This document shows, one piece after another, positions 1 through 8,048 of a stretch of DNA of 37,225 bases. Numbering within the stretch: position 1 is the first letter of the stretch; each line of letters opens with the position of its first letter. The notes beneath the pieces are model-generated. The model did no database searches, was not told the origin of the DNA, and saw only the letters and a program-made list of their open reading frames with translations. A program made the translations under genes and the position numbers. This DNA comes from a virus (Duplodnaviria; Caudoviricetes). The stretch covers positions 1-37,225 of IMG/VR virus record IMGVR_UViG_3300037359_000088; one strand, 5' to 3'.

Positions 1-2
1 CG

Positions 3-472
3 GTTACCAAGATCAATCTCTCCACATTCCTGACTGTCGGTTCAGCCCTTGCAGTCGGCCAGGGCCCCCATGCCATCGCCATCGACCCCACCGGCACGTA
101 CGCCTATGCGGCGAACATGTACGACAACACCGTCACCAAGATCAATCTCTCCACATTCCTGACTGTCGGTTCAGCCCTCGCAGTCGGCTATTACCCCCAG
201 TCAATCGCCATCGACCCCACCGGCACCTACGCCTACGTCGTAAATGACGGCAACAACTCGGTTACCAAGATCAATCTCTCCACATTCCTGACCGTCGGTT
301 CAGCCCTCGCAGTCGGCTCAGGCCCCGACTTAATCGCCATCGACCCCACCGGCACCTATGCCTACGTCGTAAATGACGGCGACAACACCGTAACCCAGAT
401 CCAGCTCTCCACCTTCACCGCAGTTGGCTCAGCCCTTGCAGTCGGCAATGGCCCCCACTCAATCGCCATCGC
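3..472 (+). repeat. 129-bp tandem coding repeat (about 3.6 copies visible), beta-propeller blades
   Basis: Units start at 3, 132, 261 and 390; long identical DNA stretches such as accaagatcaatctctccacattcctgac and atcgccatcgaccccaccggcac. Confidence 0.9.
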
Positions 473-3002
473 CAAGGCTTATACTCCGGCGGTCCTCAGT
501 CAGACTGCCAGCGACACGGCTGTTGCCTCGGACGCGGCTACCCGGGTGGAAGTGGAGACACGATCGACCAGTGACGCTGCTGTCGCAAGCGATACCGCCA
601 CTCGGGTTCTAGTCCAGACAAGGACTGGATCTGACGCCGCCACCGCCTCGGACGCGGCTACCCGGACCCAGATCTTCGCTCGCACGACTTCGGACACGGC
701 GGTCGAAACCGACACGGCAACACGTCTGGCGCAGGCGTTTGTCCGGACAGCGGTCGACACGGCGACCGTCTCTGATGTCGCGACCCGGGCGGTCCAGTTG
801 TTCGTTCGCAATGCAACCGATGGAGCGAACGCAACGGACACGGCTACTCGGGCAGCCCTACTGTTTGGCCGGTCGTCCAGCGATGGAGCCGTAGTTTCGG
901 ACGTCGCTACCAGGGCAGCTACTTTCGGTCGTTCGGCAGGCGATGGAGCGGCCGCCTCTGATAGCACCACGCACACGCTGGCCTTTGCCCGCTCAACAGG
1001 TGATGCCGCCGTTGCGAACGATTCTGTTACCCGGCTGGCGCAGGCGTTCATCCGGACCAGCTCTGATGGTGCCACGGCATCGGATGGTGCGATCATCACC
1101 GCTCAGCCTGGTCACGCAGCAGACACAGCGACATGCAGCGATTTGGCGGCTACGAACCAGCCGGTCTCTAGCCGCACAGCATCCGACATCGCTATCGAGT
1201 CGGATGTGGCCACGACCAACCAGCCGGTATCCAGTCGTACCACTTCCGACACAGCTGTTGCCTCGGACGCGGCAACAGTCAATCAGCCGGTCCAATCGCG
1301 CACTGCGTCCGACACGGCGATCGAGTCCGACGCGGCCACGCGAGCAGCGCAGCTCTTCGTTCGCACGACAAGCGATACGGTTATCAGCTCTGACGTCGCT
1401 GGCCGGGTGGAGGTGGGAACCCGGGCTACCAGCGACACAGCCGCTATCTCGGACACCTGCTCTCGTGGTCTGGTCCAGGCGCGCCAGTGCTCCGACTCAG
1501 CGGTTGCTTCTGATGTCGCCACGCGCCTGCTTCGGTTTGCTCGGACCACGTCCGATACGGCCGTTGCCTCTGACTCCGCCACTCGACAGCTTACGCTGAC
1601 ATGTCAGTGCTCTGATACGGTCATCGAGACTGACGCCGCAACCAGGCCGCTCTGCTTGGCTCGGAGCACTTCGGACACAGCAATCGCATCGGATATCGTC
1701 ACTCGGCAGATCACCTTCGCTCGGTCTACTGCAGACACGGCAGTTACGACCGATGTAACCACCCGGAACATCGTCCTGGTTCGCTCGGCATCCGATACGG
1801 CCGCCGCTTCTGATACCGCTCACCTAAATGTCCAGCTCACTAGGTCCACGAACGACACGGCAGTTGTCGCGGATACCGCTTCGGCGGTCGTGTGGATTCC
1901 GATGTTTGACAGGACAGCCACCGACTCGACGTCTTCGGTGGACGCTGCAGTCCGGATCACCCTGGGTTCCGGTTTTGCCTTTGACACTGCTTTGGCCTCT
2001 GATCTCGCTATGGGCGGGAGTGGGCTGTACTCAACTGGTGCAGACACCACGATCGAGTCGGACATCGTCACACGGATAGTGAAGACCGACCGTACCGCCA
2101 CCGATATGGCGATCGTGGTCGACACAGCCACGAGGTTCCAGCTGTTTGCTCGCAGCATCAGTGACGTGGCCGATACCAACGACGCCGTCAGCCGAAATAT
2201 CCCGCTCGACCGGTCAACAACCGATGAAGCAAACGCTTCTGATACCACCACTCGAAACATCCTGCTGGCACGCTCATCAAACGACGAAGTGGCTGTCAGT
2301 GACGCAGCTACGCCGTACCACACGGAACAGCGCCAGTCCAGTGACAACGCGGGTGCGGCAGATGCCACCACACGCGAACTGCTGGCATCCCGCTATACCA
2401 CCGACGCCGTTTCGGCCGTAGACAGTACCACCGAAGCACGGGAGCTGGTGCTATTCGCCACGGACGTGTGTCAGCCGAGCGACGTCGGTATCCGGATTGG
2501 ATACTTTGCCCGGCTAGTACGCGACGCCGCCAGCACTTCGGATCTGGCCAGCATCTACCGCGAACTGTTGCGTGCCTGCTCGGACACGGTATTTGCCGTC
2601 GACTCCACCGGACAGGTCACGATCGTAGCCCGTGTCTCGGCGGACGTCGCTCTGGCCATCGACCTTGCCATCCGCTTCGCGGCATACCTCCGAGCCGCCA
2701 GCGACAATATCTTGGTCAGCGACCTGGCCTCCTGGCCATACCCTCGCCCGCGGTCCAGCTACGACTCGATAAGCATTTCCGACCTGGCGACCTTCATCCT
2801 GATAGCGGTACTGCTTAAGAGCGCCATCGCTATGTCCGAATCCGGACTGGTCTGGCGCGCAGAAAGCTCCGAGAGCCTGCTGTGGAGTGCTCAGGGGTCC
2901 GAGGAACTACTAGAAGGGTCTGCGCCAGCCGAGGGACTCGTAGGGCTCGCTGGGTGCGAGGAAAGCCTAGTTGGGGGAAGCTTGGCCGGTGAAGCGCTTT
3001 AA
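3..3002 (+). CDS. 5'-truncated fibre/adhesin-like virion protein: YVTN/YncE-type beta-propeller repeats followed by a long Ser/Thr/Asp/Ala repeat stalk
   Basis: Frame is open from base 3 (VTKINLSTFLTVGSALAVG...), so the ATG at 117 is internal. 43-aa blades IAIDPTGTYAYVVN..NTVTKI, then many RxxSDxAxxSDxxTR repeats; stop TAA at 3000-3002. Confidence 0.7.
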   Translation, partial: VTKINLSTFLTVGSALAVGQGPHAIAIDPTGTYAYAANMYDNTVTKINLSTFLTVGSALAVGYYPQSIAIDPTGTYAYVVNDGNNSVTKINLSTFLTVGSALAVGSGPDLIAIDPTGTYAYVVNDGDNTVTQIQLSTFTAVGSALAVGNGPHSIAIAKAYTPAVLSQTASDTAVASDAATRVEVETRSTSDAAVASDTATRVLVQTRTGSDAATASDAATRTQIFARTTSDTAVETDTATRLAQAFVRTAVDTATVSDVATRAVQLFVRNATDGANATDTATRAALLFGRSSSDGAVVSDVATRAATFGRSAGDGAAASDSTTHTLAFARSTGDAAVANDSVTRLAQAFIRTSSDGATASDGAIITAQPGHAADTATCSDLAATNQPVSSRTASDIAIESDVATTNQPVSSRTTSDTAVASDAATVNQPVQSRTASDTAIESDAATRAAQLFVRTTSDTVISSDVAGRVEVGTRATSDTAAISDTCSRGLVQARQCSDSAVASDVATRLLRFARTTSDTAVASDSATRQLTLTCQCSDTVIETDAATRPLCLARSTSDTAIASDIVTRQITFARSTADTAVTTDVTTRNIVLVRSASDTAAASDTAHLNVQLTRSTNDTAVVADTASAVVWIPMFDRTATDSTSSVDAAVRITLGSGFAFDTALASDLAMGGSGLYSTGADTTIESDIVTRIVKTDRTATDMAIVVDTATRFQLFARSISDVADTNDAVSRNIPLDRSTTDEANASDTTTRNILLARSSNDEVAVSDAATPYHTEQRQSSDNAGAADATTRELLASRYTTDAVSAVDSTTEARELVLFATDVCQPSDVGIRIGYFARLVRDAASTSDLASIYRELLRACSDTVFAVDSTGQVTIVARVSADVALAIDLAIRFAAYLRAASDNILVSDLASWPYPRPRSSYDSISISDLATFILIAVLLKSAIAMSESGLVWRAESSESLLWSAQGSEELLEGSAPAEGLVGLAGCEESLVGGSLAGEAL
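500..2790 (+). repeat. Degenerate ~20-aa coding repeat array (consensus approx. RTTSDTAVASDAATR plus a short linker)
   Basis: Dozens of recurrences in the translation, e.g. RSTSDAAVASDTATR, RTTSDTAVETDTATR, RTTSDTAVASDSATR. Confidence 0.85.
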
Positions 3003-3351
3003 GGACGGAGGGCTCGTCCAAGTCAGAAACACCTTCGTCGAGAACGATCCAGACGCCAGCCAGGCCCAAGTGCTCGGCCGAGACAACATAGACCCGGACC
3101 AAGTGTTCTTCATGTTCTCATTGACGCCGCAAGGCGCGTCCGCTCAGAGCGGGAGCGCCACCTTCCAGTACAACGTCGGCAACGAAATCGTCAGAGACGA
3201 TGTCGGCCGATATCACATCAACCTATCTACAACTGGCTGGACGTCAGGTGGCATGGCTACCTATGTCGCCTGGAAGTGGAAGGCCGAGGGAAATGGGCAA
3301 TCCGTGGACGAAGGCGAGTTCCTAGTGGAGCCGACGGCGTTCAGCCCATAG
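2989..3351 (+). CDS. Probable small virion structural protein (beta-rich, Ig/BppU-like by inference)
   Basis: GTG at 2989 after GGGGGAAG, overlapping the end of the fibre gene; pattern VRDDVGRYHINL...WKWKAEG...EGEFLV. Confidence 0.55.
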   Translation: MKRFKDGGLVQVRNTFVENDPDASQAQVLGRDNIDPDQVFFMFSLTPQGASAQSGSATFQYNVGNEIVRDDVGRYHINLSTTGWTSGGMATYVAWKWKAEGNGQSVDEGEFLVEPTAFSP

Positions 3352-3358
3352 TTTGCCG

Positions 3359-3466
3359 GAAAAGTGGGTCCTCTTTGGGCGCCAGACGCTTGCAAGCACA
3401 CATAGTAATGGGATGGTAGTGGGCCGCGGCTCATCGTAAAACAACGCCTCTAGCAGCTCTTTTGCT
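3359..3466. repeat. Intergenic imperfect repeat, copy 1 (copy 2 at 5719-5830)
   Basis: gaaaagtgggtcctctttgggcgccagacgct vs gaaaagtaggtcctctttgggctccagaggct (29/32); second block gtagtgggcc(g/a)cggctc. Confidence 0.8.
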
Positions 3467-4035
3467 CAGTGAAGGTGATTTACGCTCGGGAAGTGCTGAT
3501 GAAACTTCAGCCCGTGCTGGAGAGCGTAGTTCACCAGGTGCCCGTCACAGTGTTGCCAGGTCCGGCTCGGCACACCGTCCGGCGGTCCGGCCCAGAACGG
3601 CGCAGCCGAGTACTGCTTGGTCACTTCCCAGACTTCGGGTGTCCAGAGCCCAGGCGTCCTGAGAATGAAGTTCCGGCTGAACTTCACGCAGCCCATGTAC
3701 GAGCCGTTCCCAAACTTCTCATTGAACCCATAGGCGAACGTGCACCACTCCTCGACGCAGTTCCAGATCTCAACCAGCGCTCCCGGCCAGGGCAGCACGT
3801 CGTGTTCCAGGTTGAGGAACGGTAGTCCCTCTTCCCAGCGCCGGACTAGAAAGTCAGGATAGCTGTCCTCGGCCGTCATCCTAACGCTAGTCCAGCCAGC
3901 CGTCAGCCCGTTGAACGACGGAAAGCTGTCGAGGTGGTACCTCACGGCCGGGTGAATCTTTGTGAAGGGCACAAAGACTCTGACTGGCGCGCCGTCCCGG
4001 TCAGGATGCGTGCCGCGGTCCGCGTAGTCGCTCAT
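3466..4035 (-). CDS. Glycosyltransferase-like protein (GT-A fold)
   Basis: FLNLEHDVLPWPGAL (DxD-like EHD), GCVKFS, WQHCD and terminal HQH..VNHLH. Start placed at ATG 4035, 7 nt after TGG-TAGCAT (leaderless). Confidence 0.55.
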   Translation of the reverse strand: MSDYADRGTHPDRDGAPVRVFVPFTKIHPAVRYHLDSFPSFNGLTAGWTSVRMTAEDSYPDFLVRRWEEGLPFLNLEHDVLPWPGALVEIWNCVEEWCTFAYGFNEKFGNGSYMGCVKFSRNFILRTPGLWTPEVWEVTKQYSAAPFWAGPPDGVPSRTWQHCDGHLVNYALQHGLKFHQHFPSVNHLH

Positions 4036-4061
4036 GAATATCATGCTACCAGAGTGATTAA

Positions 4062-4181
4062 CGGCGCCGGGGCTTTGCCTGCTCCCCATCCCCCCGGTAC
4101 TCCCTTTTCAGGGCGGAGGCATGGTTTGGCAATGGAGCACCCCGGCGCCGGAAGGCTCGGCGTCGACAGCCTGCCTTCAGT
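4062..4181 (-). ncRNA. Candidate structured non-coding RNA (family unknown)
   Basis: Extended -10 TGCTATGAT at 4196-4188; GAAGGC/GCCTTC hairpin; long nested stem CGGCGCCGGGG/CCCCGGCGCCG, TGCTCC/GGAGCA, CCAT/ATGG, CCTCCG/CGGGGG, CCCT-GAAA-AGGG; no credible ORF. Confidence 0.5.
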
Positions 4182-4216
4182 GACTAGATCATAGCATAGC
4201 GGAGCTAGGAAGGTGC

Positions 4217-4360
4217 TTAGATGTCGGACTCGGTGACGAGCGCGCCGCATTCCTCACAGATGTCAGGGTGGTCATCCTCGCCGTAGTCGATCACGGTGCC
4301 ACATGGGCAGTCGACTCGCCATACCCGGTATGCAGTGGCTCCGTCACTCTCTGGTGTCAT
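4217..4360 (-). CDS. 47-aa zinc-ribbon protein (below ORF-track cut-off)
   Basis: Manual translation MTPESDGATAYRVWRVDCPCGTVIDYGEDDHPDICEECGALVTESDI*; CxC...CxxC. Confidence 0.55.
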   Translation of the reverse strand: MTPESDGATAYRVWRVDCPCGTVIDYGEDDHPDICEECGALVTESDI

Positions 4361-4508
4361 TGGAGATCATGCCTTCGCCCGCTGGCGAGCCTTGTACTCG
4401 CGTTTCGCTTTGGTCGCCGTTGCGACGCGGACTGTGCTCGGGACAATACCAAGCGTTTCCGATGGCCTGAAACTGTGCTCCACATTTTCGACACTCTCTG
4501 GTCTTCAT
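4344..4508 (-). CDS. 54-aa zinc-finger protein (below ORF-track cut-off), possibly frameshifted
   Basis: Manual translation MKTRECRKCGAQFQAIGNAWYCPEHSPRR...; CxxC...YCxxH; -10-like TAGACT 8 nt upstream of the ATG. Confidence 0.5.
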   Translation of the reverse strand: MKTRECRKCGAQFQAIGNAWYCPEHSPRRNGDQSETRVQGSPAGEGMISNDTRE

Positions 4509-4527
4509 GACTAAAGAGTCTAACCCG

Positions 4528-5649
4528 TTAGCTCCCTTGAACCTGCTCGGTAATCGTCAACTGGTCACCCGAGGCCGCCATAGTGGCGGTCGCGTTCAGC
4601 GCCGTGTGCCACATCATGGTGTCCGTGGTGTCGCCCGGAGTCATCGAGTTGAACACACCGATTGCAAAGACGGTGACCGGCAGCGAGTCGGAGCCGTTGG
4701 CCGTGTAGACCGGTGTCAGGGTGAACGTCACCGGAGTCGTGGCCACCGTGATGGCGAACGGAGCGATCTTGCGAACCAGGCCACCGCTAGCCGTCGTGAT
4801 CTCGCCGGTCAGAGAGGTGTCGCCAGCTGCGGCGGCGGTCGTGGTCGCTGTCAGCCCCACGAACCAGTTCGAGATCGCGCTTCCGCTGATCACGTAGTAA
4901 TAGCCGGAAGCCGGAGTCGTTGCGGCTGTGGTCGTCCAGCTCGTTCCGCCTTCCAGGTACCAGCGGTCAACGGTGTAGACAGGGGTGGTGCCCGCGGTGT
5001 GCGAGATGATGTTGCCCCACACGATGTTCGTCCCGTTGTAGACGTAGATCCTCATTCCGGCAAAGTAGTTCGCCGTCACAGTGGCGACTGAGCCGGAGGT
5101 CAGGGTCGTCGAGGTAGCCGACGTGCCGGTACCGACCAATCCAACCAGTCCGCCGCCCATGGCGTTGGCGAATAGGGTGCGGCCGACGTTCGTGAACAGG
5201 GCCTCCGCGTCAACGGCGGCGTTCGGCACGACACCCGGGGCGAGAGACTTCAGACCGAACCGGGTCCAGTACCTTTCTTCAAGGTCGTCCGGGCGCTCGG
5301 CCGGGCACTGAAAATGCTCCGAGAGCTGTTGCGCGAGGACCTCGTTGTCGGAGTACACGTAGGTCGGCGCCGTGTCACTGTGGAAGCGCCAGAGCCCGCC
5401 GGGGTGCACGACGGCCAAGTAGGCTTCGTGCTTCTCACTGGTCTCATCCTCCATACGGGTGATCCCGTAGCGATCTTGGTCGCCGTACGGGTCGTGCGCC
5501 TTGACAACGGCGGCCTTGAGCCCGGCGACGTCACCCACCGCTTCCGATGCATAGCTGTCGTCGATGGTGACGTAGGTGACCCGGAGGTCCTTTTCCGTTC
5601 CTGGGAAGGGACGGGCCTTGGTCGAGGCGTTACCGAGTTCTAGGAGCAT
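4528..5649 (-). CDS. Probable virion structural protein (acidic N-terminal domain plus Thr/Ala/Gly-rich beta domain)
   Basis: RBS GGAGGT; TNVGR...FVGLTATTTAAAAGDTSLTGEI...GLVRK...AIGVFN...GDQLTIT resembles tail/collar-type proteins; shares the upstream promoter motif with capsid and protease genes. Confidence 0.6.
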   Translation of the reverse strand: MLLELGNASTKARPFPGTEKDLRVTYVTIDDSYASEAVGDVAGLKAAVVKAHDPYGDQDRYGITRMEDETSEKHEAYLAVVHPGGLWRFHSDTAPTYVYSDNEVLAQQLSEHFQCPAERPDDLEERYWTRFGLKSLAPGVVPNAAVDAEALFTNVGRTLFANAMGGGLVGLVGTGTSATSTTLTSGSVATVTANYFAGMRIYVYNGTNIVWGNIISHTAGTTPVYTVDRWYLEGGTSWTTTAATTPASGYYYVISGSAISNWFVGLTATTTAAAAGDTSLTGEITTASGGLVRKIAPFAITVATTPVTFTLTPVYTANGSDSLPVTVFAIGVFNSMTPGDTTDTMMWHTALNATATMAASGDQLTITEQVQGS

Positions 5650-5681
5650 AGTCCTACCTCCAATGTCTTGAACATGCTCCT

Positions 5682-5711
5682 ACCTTGCCACAGTGGCTTA
5701 TCCCTAGCGGG
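5682..5711 (-). promoter_or_regulatory. Candidate late promoter CGCTAGGRA-N13-SANNNT, copy 1
   Basis: CCCGCTAGGGA-TAAGCCACTGTGG-CAAGGT upstream of 4528..5649. Confidence 0.55.
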
Positions 5712-5718
5712 CGCTCCT

Positions 5719-5830
5719 GAAAAGTAGGTCCTCTTTGGGCTCCAGAGGCTCGCTGGCGCCGTCTGAATGTAGTAGTAGTGGGCCACGGCTCTTGGAAAAA
5801 CAGAGGGACTCCCGGGGCCCTCTTTGTGCT
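5719..5830. repeat. Intergenic imperfect repeat, copy 2 (copy 1 at 3359-3466)
   Basis: Same orientation and nearly the same block spacing as copy 1; offset 2360 bp. Confidence 0.8.
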
Positions 5831-5841
5831 GCTAGACCGCT

Positions 5842-6051
5842 CTAACGGTCCGGAACGTACTCTGCGCCCTCTACCAGGGCTTCCAGCACGCGCTGGTCGT
5901 GCTCGCGCTCCATCTGTGACTGAGGCAGGTCAAAGAGTGGGTCGTGCTTGAGGACGACCGGCTCAATGACGAGCGGCTGCAGCGTGAGGCCGCTCCGGAT
6001 GAACAGCGCGTTGTCGCGCATCTGATTCTTGATCTGCTCTCTGGTCTGCAT
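5842..6051 (-). CDS. Hypothetical protein (69 aa)
   Basis: ATG at 6051 after GAGGAAG, 2 nt downstream of the preceding stop. Confidence 0.5.
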   Translation of the reverse strand: MQTREQIKNQMRDNALFIRSGLTLQPLVIEPVVLKHDPLFDLPQSQMEREHDQRVLEALVEGAEYVPDR

Positions 6052-6053
6052 GA

Positions 6054-6374
6054 CTAAACTTCCTCTCTGTAAATACTGATGGCGAACATCGTCATTGGCT
6101 CGGTCCAAATACCCTTAGGCACCGTGACCGGCTTGACCATGGTCCCAAACTCTTCCTCGATGCCTCCGCCCGGGAAGTACATGGTCCAGTCATACGGCCC
6201 GCCTTCCCAGACGATCGACGGGCAGGGCCCGTAGCCGAGCCAGTCCCAGTCCATAATCAGGACCGGGCTGTTGCTGCCATCGGCCGAAAGCCATGCTCTG
6301 AACTGACGCTTGACGGCAGCCAGAACCTGCTCGGCTTGACGCTTCGTAACTTTGGGAGTCGTGGTCTTTGTCAT
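6054..6374 (-). CDS. Hypothetical phage protein (106 aa), leaderless
   Basis: ATG 6 nt after TGCTATAAT; Trp-rich core PVLIMDWDW...SIVWEGGPYDW. Confidence 0.7.
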   Translation of the reverse strand: MTKTTTPKVTKRQAEQVLAAVKRQFRAWLSADGSNSPVLIMDWDWLGYGPCPSIVWEGGPYDWTMYFPGGGIEEEFGTMVKPVTVPKGIWTEPMTMFAISIYREEV

Positions 6375-6380
6375 GCCTTC

Positions 6381-6389
6381 ATTATAGCA
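6381..6389 (-). promoter_or_regulatory. Extended -10 promoter TGCTATAAT
   Basis: Consensus TGnTATAAT directly after the capsid terminator. Confidence 0.75.
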
Positions 6390-6410
6390 CGTTTTAGGCA
6401 CAAGACGCGC

Positions 6411-6434
6411 AAGAACCGCCCCGAAGGGCGGTTC
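6411..6434 (-). terminator. Intrinsic terminator-like hairpin after the major capsid gene
   Basis: GAACCGCCC-TTCG-GGGCGGTTC-TT: 9-bp perfect stem with C(UUCG)G loop, 22 nt after the capsid stop; U-tail is short. Confidence 0.8.
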
Positions 6435-6456
6435 CTGTTCAAATCTTGTCGGGTGG

Positions 6457-7854
6457 CTAGGCGCCGAAGGTGACGGTGACGAAGGACTCTGGGCGCTTCG
6501 TTGCCACGGTGACACGCTCTTCAGCCAGAACGACGATGGCGTCGCGCAGGAAGAAATCGGCGTGCTGCTCGGCGATCCGGATGCTGGACTCCTCACGGTC
6601 GTAGAGCGTTGCGCCCAGACCGAAGGAACCAACAAGGGCCGTGCCCTGAGCGATGGCCGGGGTGTCGACCACCGGAAGCCGCCAGATGCGCTGCTCGCCA
6701 CCGACCGCGATTGCGATCGCCACGATGTAGGCACCGGTCGAGTCCTTCAGGGTCTCGATCGCTTCCCAGTCGCTCGGGTGCATGACCACGCCGGTCGGCT
6801 CGTAGTAACTCAGGATGACCTGAGTAGCTGCCCGACGGACGTCGTCAGCCTTGGTGTCGGTCGCAAGACCAGCGCCCGAGCCGGAGCGCTTGCCGGAGGT
6901 ACCAGCGTTCAGAGCGAGATACGTCTGGACGTCCGGGGTGTTCAGGATACCGAGCAGGTCGGACCCCGTGCCGGTGCCGTTGAGCAGCTGGTTGTCTTCG
7001 GCGAGCCGGAGACCGTAGAGCAACTCGGTGTCGATGATGCCCTGCAGCTGAGGGACGTCTTCGAGCACGTGGCGGTGAGCGGCTTCCCAGTGGGCGATGG
7101 TGCGCACGGGAGCCTGGACACCTTCAAAGTTGAGGCTCGTGTGCGGCGCCAGGCCGAAGTTGGCCGGGCTCTGGGTCGTGTCCCACTCAGGGACGGTCGA
7201 CGCAGCGTTGTCGGTCACGAATCCGGTGACCCGGAAGAACTCGATGACCGCGGCATCCGTCGGCTGGACCGGGAACAAGTCACGGACCCTGACCTTACGG
7301 AAAGCCTGGACGACGATCGGGTCACGCCAGAGAGGCGCGAAGCCGAGTGGCGGGCCGCCGGTCGGCTCGGACGTATAGACGTCCTTGGTCTGGAGCCCCT
7401 TGTTCTCGACGCCACGAGTGGCGGAGAACATGCCTCCGAGGTCCTTGACCCCGAGTGCCTTCCAAGGCGCACGCATCGTGGCGCCACCCGAGGACCTCAT
7501 CTCCTCGAAGTCCTTGGACTCGACGAACTGCTGGCCGAGTGACTTGTAACCACCGCGGTTACCGGCGGCACCGGCCGCTGCAGCTAGTGCGACAGAGCCG
7601 CTGGCGGGAGCGTTGCCCCACTCGGACAGGTCCTTCTGCTCCTTGAGCAGCGAGAGGCTGGCCTTGATCTCGCGCATGACCGCGAGGTTCTTGGAAAACT
7701 CGGTACGGCGGGCTTCGTCGATCACTGTGGTCTGGACGCCGTTAACCATCTGTACCGGCGCCGTGCCGACGAGGGTGTTGTTCGCCGCCTCACGGGTCTT
7801 GAACTCGGTCGTGAGTTCCTTGACCCTGTCTTCGATCTCACTTGCATTGGGCAT
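6457..7854 (-). CDS. HK97-fold major capsid protein
   Basis: RBS GGAGGT before MPNASEIE; coiled N-terminal delta domain; VRDLFP, VRTIAHW, LEDVPQLQGIIDTELLYGLRLAEDNQLLNGTG, MHPSDW, IWRLPVV, AEERV...RPESF. Confidence 0.95.
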   Translation of the reverse strand: MPNASEIEDRVKELTTEFKTREAANNTLVGTAPVQMVNGVQTTVIDEARRTEFSKNLAVMREIKASLSLLKEQKDLSEWGNAPASGSVALAAAAGAAGNRGGYKSLGQQFVESKDFEEMRSSGGATMRAPWKALGVKDLGGMFSATRGVENKGLQTKDVYTSEPTGGPPLGFAPLWRDPIVVQAFRKVRVRDLFPVQPTDAAVIEFFRVTGFVTDNAASTVPEWDTTQSPANFGLAPHTSLNFEGVQAPVRTIAHWEAAHRHVLEDVPQLQGIIDTELLYGLRLAEDNQLLNGTGTGSDLLGILNTPDVQTYLALNAGTSGKRSGSGAGLATDTKADDVRRAATQVILSYYEPTGVVMHPSDWEAIETLKDSTGAYIVAIAIAVGGEQRIWRLPVVDTPAIAQGTALVGSFGLGATLYDREESSIRIAEQHADFFLRDAIVVLAEERVTVATKRPESFVTVTFGA

Positions 7855-7910
7855 GTCTTGGCTACCTCCGTAGCAGTGAGCGAGCACGGTGCCGCTCGAT
7901 CCGTGCACTA

Positions 7911-7940
7911 AGACTCCACGACTTTGACTTCCCTAGCGGG
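7911..7940 (-). promoter_or_regulatory. Candidate late promoter CGCTAGGRA-N13-SANNNT, copy 2
   Basis: CCCGCTAGGGA-AGTCAAAGTCGTG-GAGTCT upstream of the capsid gene. Confidence 0.55.
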
Positions 7941-8048
7941 CAAGGATGTAGGCGTGACTAACGACGGCGATCACGGCGATCACAGCTACGCAAATGCCCA
8001 GCTGGCACACCTGGTTTGCAACCTACGCAAAGGCGCTAAGGTGGCAGT

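Noticed and set aside
117-119. ATG 117 as the start of the fibre gene
   Set aside because: The frame is open to the window edge and continues the same repeat, so the gene is 5'-truncated.
3-472. CRISPR array or DGR target in the 129-bp repeats
   Set aside because: The repeats are in-frame coding blades without unique spacers; no reverse transcriptase or adenine-specific template/variable pair is visible in the window.
4062-4181. tRNA, tmRNA or SRP RNA identity for the structured region
   Set aside because: No cloverleaf, TTC loop, CCA end or SRP domain IV consensus seen.
4202-4230. Fourth copy of the late-promoter motif on the plus strand (GAGCTAGGAA)
   Set aside because: The hexamer 13 nt downstream is CGGACT, lacking the conserved A, and no credible plus-strand gene follows.
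6375-6734. N-terminal extension of ORF 6054..6734
   Set aside because: It overlaps the capsid gene and terminator; a promoter points to ATG 6374.
7855-7908. Upstream GTG start for the capsid
   Set aside because: GGAGGT precedes ATG 7854, and the GTG lies only 2 nt after the proposed -10.
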